Part shown: one piece after another, positions 59,945 to 64,000 of the stretch
Layout: every line of letters begins with the position of its first letter
Numbering within the stretch: the first letter of the stretch is position 1
NCBI GenBank assembly: GCA_016235545.1
Contig: JACRKB010000032.1
Coordinates: forward strand, 190 to 64,189
DNA length: 64,000 bases
Reading direction: 5' to 3'
Origin: Verrucomicrobiota bacterium
GTDB lineage: Bacteria > Verrucomicrobiota > Verrucomicrobiia > Limisphaerales > SXTU01
Program-made: the position numbers and the translations under genes
The notes under the pieces: generated by a model
Seen by the model: only the letters and a program-made list of their open reading frames with translations
Database searches by the model: none
What the model was told of the DNA's origin: nothing

Positions 59945-61362
59945 TATCGTTTCATGTTGACCACCACATCCAGCATCTCGTCCACGGTCGAAATCAACTT
60001 GGCCGACGCGGCGAACGCCTTCTGATACTTGACGAGTTCAGTCATTTCCTCATCAAGCGACACTCCGCTCACCGACGCGCGCTGCCGGCCGAGCATTTTA
60101 CCAACGGCTTCCTGATCGCTCACCTGCTCGTTCGCCGACGCGAGCGACTGGCCCAGCGCGGCCACAGTCTGCGCGTAGTCCTGCTGCAACGTCTGGTTGC
60201 CCAGCGTGGCGAGCCTTGTCTCAGCCAACTGCGCCAGCGCCAGCGCGACTTGGTTGTCACCTGCCGCGCCCGCGACCCCCGCGGCCTGCACCAGCGCCGG
60301 GTTGGCGGTGAGCGTGGCGTTCACCGAGATCGTCGTGGCGGATGTGCCGCTGAAGAACGCTGCCCCGGTGCTCCCCGTCAGGCCGAAGCCCGCGCCATGC
60401 AGCGCGTTGACCCGCGTGATGAGTTCGGTCGCCTCTGCGTTCAGCTTGTTCTGCAAGTCGGTCAACGCCCCGTCGCGCGCGTCAATCTCTCCCTGCATCG
60501 CACCACCCGTGAGTGTCAGCGCCGTGCTGCTGGTCGCGGTGCGGACGAGCAGCGCGCCGGTGCCGGGGTCGAAAGCTTCCAGCGTGTCGTTCACCGTCTT
60601 GCCCGTCACCACGGCGGTGCCGCTGACGGAAAGATTCAAACTGCCGGATGGATCCTCCACGGCATCGACCTTCACGAGCTGCGCGAGCGCTTCAAGTTTC
60701 TGCTGGCGCAAGTCCCGCAGGTCATTCGCCGCGCCCCCGCCGACTTCCGAGTTCAAGATGCTGTCGTTCAACGAGGCGATGCCTGAGAGCAGTCCGTTCG
60801 CGGCGGCCACGTCGTCCTGCAACTGCTCGTTCAGCAGGTTGCGGAGCTGGCTCAACCGCTGGTCCGTCACGTTGAAACGGCTCGCCAGCGACTGCGCCTT
60901 TTGCAAGAGCACCTGCCGGTCGGCGATGGAAGTCGGGCTTGTCGCCACGCTCTGGAAGGCGTTGAACAAGTCCTGCAACCCATCCGCGAGACCGCGCTGC
61001 GCGCCGGCGGCGGCCGCGCCTTCCGCGCCGCTGGCTTGCCGGTCAATGCCCTGGCCCAGCTCCGCCTGCGCGTATTGCAATGCCTTCTGCTGCGCGAGCC
61101 AGTAGCCGCTCACGCTCGACTCACCACTGATGCGCTGGTCCAGAAGTCGGTCGCGAATCTGCTCGACCAGAGTGACCTGCGCGCCAGTGCCCACCGGCCC
61201 GAGGGGCGTCGGCAGGGCGCTGCTGGTGCTGAGCCTCACGCGCTGGCGGGCATAGGCGGGGTTGTTGACGTTTGCCAGGTTATGCCCAGCCGTCTCGATG
61301 CCCTGCTGCTGCGCTTGCAGCGAGCGCGTTCCCATTCCGAGTGTGCCAAAAAGTCCGAGCAT
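59944..61362 (-). CDS. flgK: Flagellar hook-associated protein 1
   Basis: GHNLANVNNPAYARQR, ANDLRDLR, VSGVSLDEEMTELVKYQKAFAASAK. Confidence 0.95.
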   Translation of the reverse strand: MLGLFGTLGMGTRSLQAQQQGIETAGHNLANVNNPAYARQRVRLSTSSALPTPLGPVGTGAQVTLVEQIRDRLLDQRISGESSVSGYWLAQQKALQYAQAELGQGIDRQASGAEGAAAAGAQRGLADGLQDLFNAFQSVATSPTSIADRQVLLQKAQSLASRFNVTDQRLSQLRNLLNEQLQDDVAAANGLLSGIASLNDSILNSEVGGGAANDLRDLRQQKLEALAQLVKVDAVEDPSGSLNLSVSGTAVVTGKTVNDTLEAFDPGTGALLVRTATSSTALTLTGGAMQGEIDARDGALTDLQNKLNAEATELITRVNALHGAGFGLTGSTGAAFFSGTSATTISVNATLTANPALVQAAGVAGAAGDNQVALALAQLAETRLATLGNQTLQQDYAQTVAALGQSLASANEQVSDQEAVGKMLGRQRASVSGVSLDEEMTELVKYQKAFAASAKLISTVDEMLDVVVNMKR

Positions 61363-61462
61363 GAGCGGGGGGAATTATGAAGGAGGAGGGAGGAAGGAGG
61401 AACGGAGCGCGGCCATCGAGGGAGTGCTTGGGAATGGTTTTATGTTCATGGCGACTCCGGCC

Positions 61463-61960
61463 TTAGCCGATGGCGTCGTAGAGCGCCCGCGACGGCAGGG
61501 CGGGTGAAGCCATCCTGCCGGCGTGGCCGTAGGTGAGCGGCCGGGTCTGTGGCACGAGCGAGCCGATGAGGCTCTGCATCAGCTCCACCGAACGGCTCAG
61601 GAGAATGTGGTTCTGCCGCGCGCGCTGCTGCACTCGGCGGAGCAGGTCGTTGTTCTCATCCACGAGCGCCTGCACCAGCGGGCGAAAGCTCGCGGGCAGA
61701 CGCGGGATCAACTCCATAAACGGGGCCTCATCCCGCAGCCCGAATGTGCGGGCCAACGCCGTCCGGCACTCCTCGCGCAGACGGCGCGCGCCCTGCATCA
61801 CGCTGCCCTGCTCTTGGAGGTTCATGACGGTCGGGAGCAGATCGTCGGTCACACGCGCGCAGACCTGTTCCTGCTGCTGGTCAAGCAGTGCAAGCATCCC
61901 GCCGTATTGCTGCAGTTCGTCGCGCAGCGCATCTATGAGGTGTTGAAGTGCGTCAGTCAT
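61463..61960 (-). CDS. flgN: Flagellar export chaperone FlgN-like
   Basis: 165-aa helical protein with ARQNHILL directly upstream of flgK. Confidence 0.7.
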   Translation of the reverse strand: MTDALQHLIDALRDELQQYGGMLALLDQQQEQVCARVTDDLLPTVMNLQEQGSVMQGARRLREECRTALARTFGLRDEAPFMELIPRLPASFRPLVQALVDENNDLLRRVQQRARQNHILLSRSVELMQSLIGSLVPQTRPLTYGHAGRMASPALPSRALYDAIG

Positions 61961-62300
61961 GAGCGGTGGCTCCGGAAGCCTTCGGAGCGGAGGTGTTCTG
62001 TCGGTTGAGGTCGCGGTTCAAGCCCTTCGCCAGCCCGATTCCGCCCGCCTTCGTGAGGTTGTCCGCCAGTTGGTTCACAACCATGTCCTGATAAATGCCG
62101 GCCTGCGCCGATTGCCTGGTGAACTCGGACTTGAACACGGGCTTCATGCCCTCGCCCAGAATCTGGCGCAGCAGAATCGCCTCGAACTGCCGGCCCGCCT
62201 CCGCGACTTTCTGCACCTCAGAAAGCCGCGCATTTCCGGCGAGCCTGTCCAGCGGCAGGTGGGTCGCGTTGACGCGCGGTTGGAGGGAAATGGGCTCCAT
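61953..62300 (-). CDS. flgJ: Rod-binding FlgJ (short, no muramidase domain)
   Basis: AGRQFEAILLRQIL..IYQDM..GIGLA; follows flgI. Confidence 0.85.
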   Translation of the reverse strand: MEPISLQPRVNATHLPLDRLAGNARLSEVQKVAEAGRQFEAILLRQILGEGMKPVFKSEFTRQSAQAGIYQDMVVNQLADNLTKAGGIGLAKGLNRDLNRQNTSAPKASGATAHD

Positions 62301-62301
62301 A

Positions 62302-63522
62302 TCAGCGGATGAGCAGCTCGGCCTGCAGGGCGCCGGCCTGTTTCATTGCCTGGAAAATCGCCATCATGTCGCGCGGAGTGACGCCGAGTGCGTTGAGCGC
62401 GCTGGCGACCTTCTCGACTGTTGGGAGCTCCGGCAATGTGACCATGGCGGACTTGTTCTCCGTCACGCTCGTGTCGGTGCGGGTTGTCACCGCCGTCGTG
62501 CCCCCCTGCGAGAGCGGCGTCGGCTGTGAGACATCCTGCGACGATGCGATGTTGATGGTGAGGTTGCCGTGCGAGACGGCACAGTGGGAAATCCGGATGC
62601 GCGAGTTAGCGACGATCGTGCCGGTGCGCTCGTTGATGACGATGCGTGCCGGCATATCCGGCGTGACTTCGATGACTTCCAGGCGCGCGATGAAGTCCAC
62701 CGGCACCGACTCCGTGCCGCGCGGCATCGCGACACGCACAGTGGTCATGTCCATCGCCTGGGCGGAGTTCGTGAAGACCAGGTTGATGGCAGCAGCCACC
62801 CGCGCGGCGGAAGTGAAATCCGGCTGGCGCAGCAGCAAGTCAATCTGGTTGTCACGCACGATGGTCGAGGGAATCTCGCGCTCCACAAGCGCGCCGCCGA
62901 TGATCTGCGCGACGGTGGGGTGATTCTTTTGGACGGTCGCGCCACCCGCCCCGCCCGCCCCGCCAATGAAGCCGCCGACGGAGAGCGCGCCCTGCGCCAC
63001 GGCATAGACCTTCCCATCCGCGCCGGTCAGCGGCGTCTGGAGCAGCACGCCGCCCTGCAGTGTCTTGGCATCGCCCATCGAGGAGACATTCACGTCAATG
63101 CGCGAGCCAGGCTTCGCGTAGGCCGGGATCTCTGCGGTGAGCATGACGACAGCGACATTCTTCGAGGAGAGTGTGGCGGCAGGCACGGAGAGGCCGAAGC
63201 GCTGAAGCATGTTCGCAACTGCCTGCCTCGTGTAGATGGGGTCTTTGTCACCCTCGCCTGCGAGGCCGGTGACAAGGCCGAAGCCGACAAGCTGGTTGTC
63301 CCGTGCGCCGGCGATGATCGCGATGTCCTTGAGTCGGGTGCCGGCAGCGGCGGGGAGGACGAGAACGAGCAGCAGTGCAAGCGCGACGAAGGTGTTCCGT
63401 GCTCCGTGCTCCGTGACTCCTGACGGACGTGATCGAACTGCTTCACGCAACACGCAACACCGAGCACGCAGCTCCGTCCGGAAAAGGCCAGACAGACTGA
63501 GTTGATGGGATGCGCTGCTCAT
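62302..63522 (-). CDS. flgI: Flagellar P-ring protein
   Basis: RLKDI..RDNQLVGFGLVTGL, KNVAVV, GDAKTLQGGVL, IVINERTGTIV, MKQAGALQAEL. Confidence 0.96.
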   Translation of the reverse strand: MSSASHQLSLSGLFRTELRARCCVLREAVRSRPSGVTEHGARNTFVALALLLVLVLPAAAGTRLKDIAIIAGARDNQLVGFGLVTGLAGEGDKDPIYTRQAVANMLQRFGLSVPAATLSSKNVAVVMLTAEIPAYAKPGSRIDVNVSSMGDAKTLQGGVLLQTPLTGADGKVYAVAQGALSVGGFIGGAGGAGGATVQKNHPTVAQIIGGALVEREIPSTIVRDNQIDLLLRQPDFTSAARVAAAINLVFTNSAQAMDMTTVRVAMPRGTESVPVDFIARLEVIEVTPDMPARIVINERTGTIVANSRIRISHCAVSHGNLTINIASSQDVSQPTPLSQGGTTAVTTRTDTSVTENKSAMVTLPELPTVEKVASALNALGVTPRDMMAIFQAMKQAGALQAELLIR

Positions 63523-63531
63523 GGTGGCTCC

Positions 63532-64000
63532 TCAGAACGGTGTGACCTTTTCCCAGAACTTCGTGAACCACCCGCGCTTCTGCGAGTCAGACACGGCGCC
63601 CTTGCCGATGATCTTGATGGTGGCGTCCGCGACGTTGTAGCTGAACACGGTGTTGTTGGCCTGCACGTCGTCGCCGCGCACGGTGCCACGGAGCACGATG
63701 TCCTGCTGCTCGCCGGCGGAGAACGTGTGACGGGTGCCCTCGACGACGAGGTTGCGATTGGGCAGCACGTCTATCACGCGCACGGCGACGCGCGTGGTGA
63801 TCGTCTCGCTGTTCGCTATCTGGCCACCACCGTCGAAGCTGTTCTTGTTGTCAAACTTCAACGCGGGATATTTGCCGCCCTTGGTGAGAAGGCCTGATGC
63901 CGCCGGGCCATAGAGGAAGCTCGCGATGCTCGTGTCCGTGGAGCTGGTCTTCGCCGTCTTTGTGCTGGTGCTCTTCGCGTTGCTGGTGCTCTCCGCGACC
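63532..64000 (-). CDS. flgH: Flagellar L-ring protein; 5' end outside the window
   Basis: VRVIDVLPNRNLVVEG, LRGTVRGDDVQANNTVFSYNVADA, QKRGWFTKF. Confidence 0.93.
   Translation of the reverse strand, partial: VAESTSNAKSTSTKTAKTSSTDTSIASFLYGPAASGLLTKGGKYPALKFDNKNSFDGGGQIANSETITTRVAVRVIDVLPNRNLVVEGTRHTFSAGEQQDIVLRGTVRGDDVQANNTVFSYNVADATIKIIGKGAVSDSQKRGWFTKFWEKVTPF

Overview
High-GC bacterial chromosomal window, most likely from a PVC-superphylum organism (Verrucomicrobiota-like; inferred from a DUF1549/DUF1553-type gene, several PQQ-type beta-propeller proteins and the repeat families). The left half mixes housekeeping genes (argS, rpmE, prfA, gyrB, gyrA, thiL, tsaE, tsaB) with an uncharacterised MarR-associated operon of two beta-propellers and an EhpF-like adenylating enzyme. 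gyrB is broken by an apparent short deletion at 20760/20761, and a Phd/VapC toxin-antitoxin pair sits between gyrB and gyrA. A block of accessory secreted hydrolases follows (29-36.6 kb), then a PAS-kinase/HDOD signalling cluster. The right third is a flagellar locus (flgH-I-J-N-K-L, an inverted cheD-like/HDOD pair, fliW-csrA-fliC). In it a minimal 267-aa flagellin is followed by a plant RGP/UDP-arabinopyranose-mutase (GT75)-like gene and a ~3,100-aa protein with about seven glycosyltransferase domains, a methyltransferase and TPRs; this is the best candidate for an undescribed system. The window is dense in REP/MITE-like palindromes and 7-8-mer tandem inverted repeats, several of which are translated in-frame inside proteins, including at domain junctions of the giant glycosyltransferase. 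No rRNA, tRNA, CRISPR array or transposase was recognised. All calls come from reading motifs by eye; no database searches were run.
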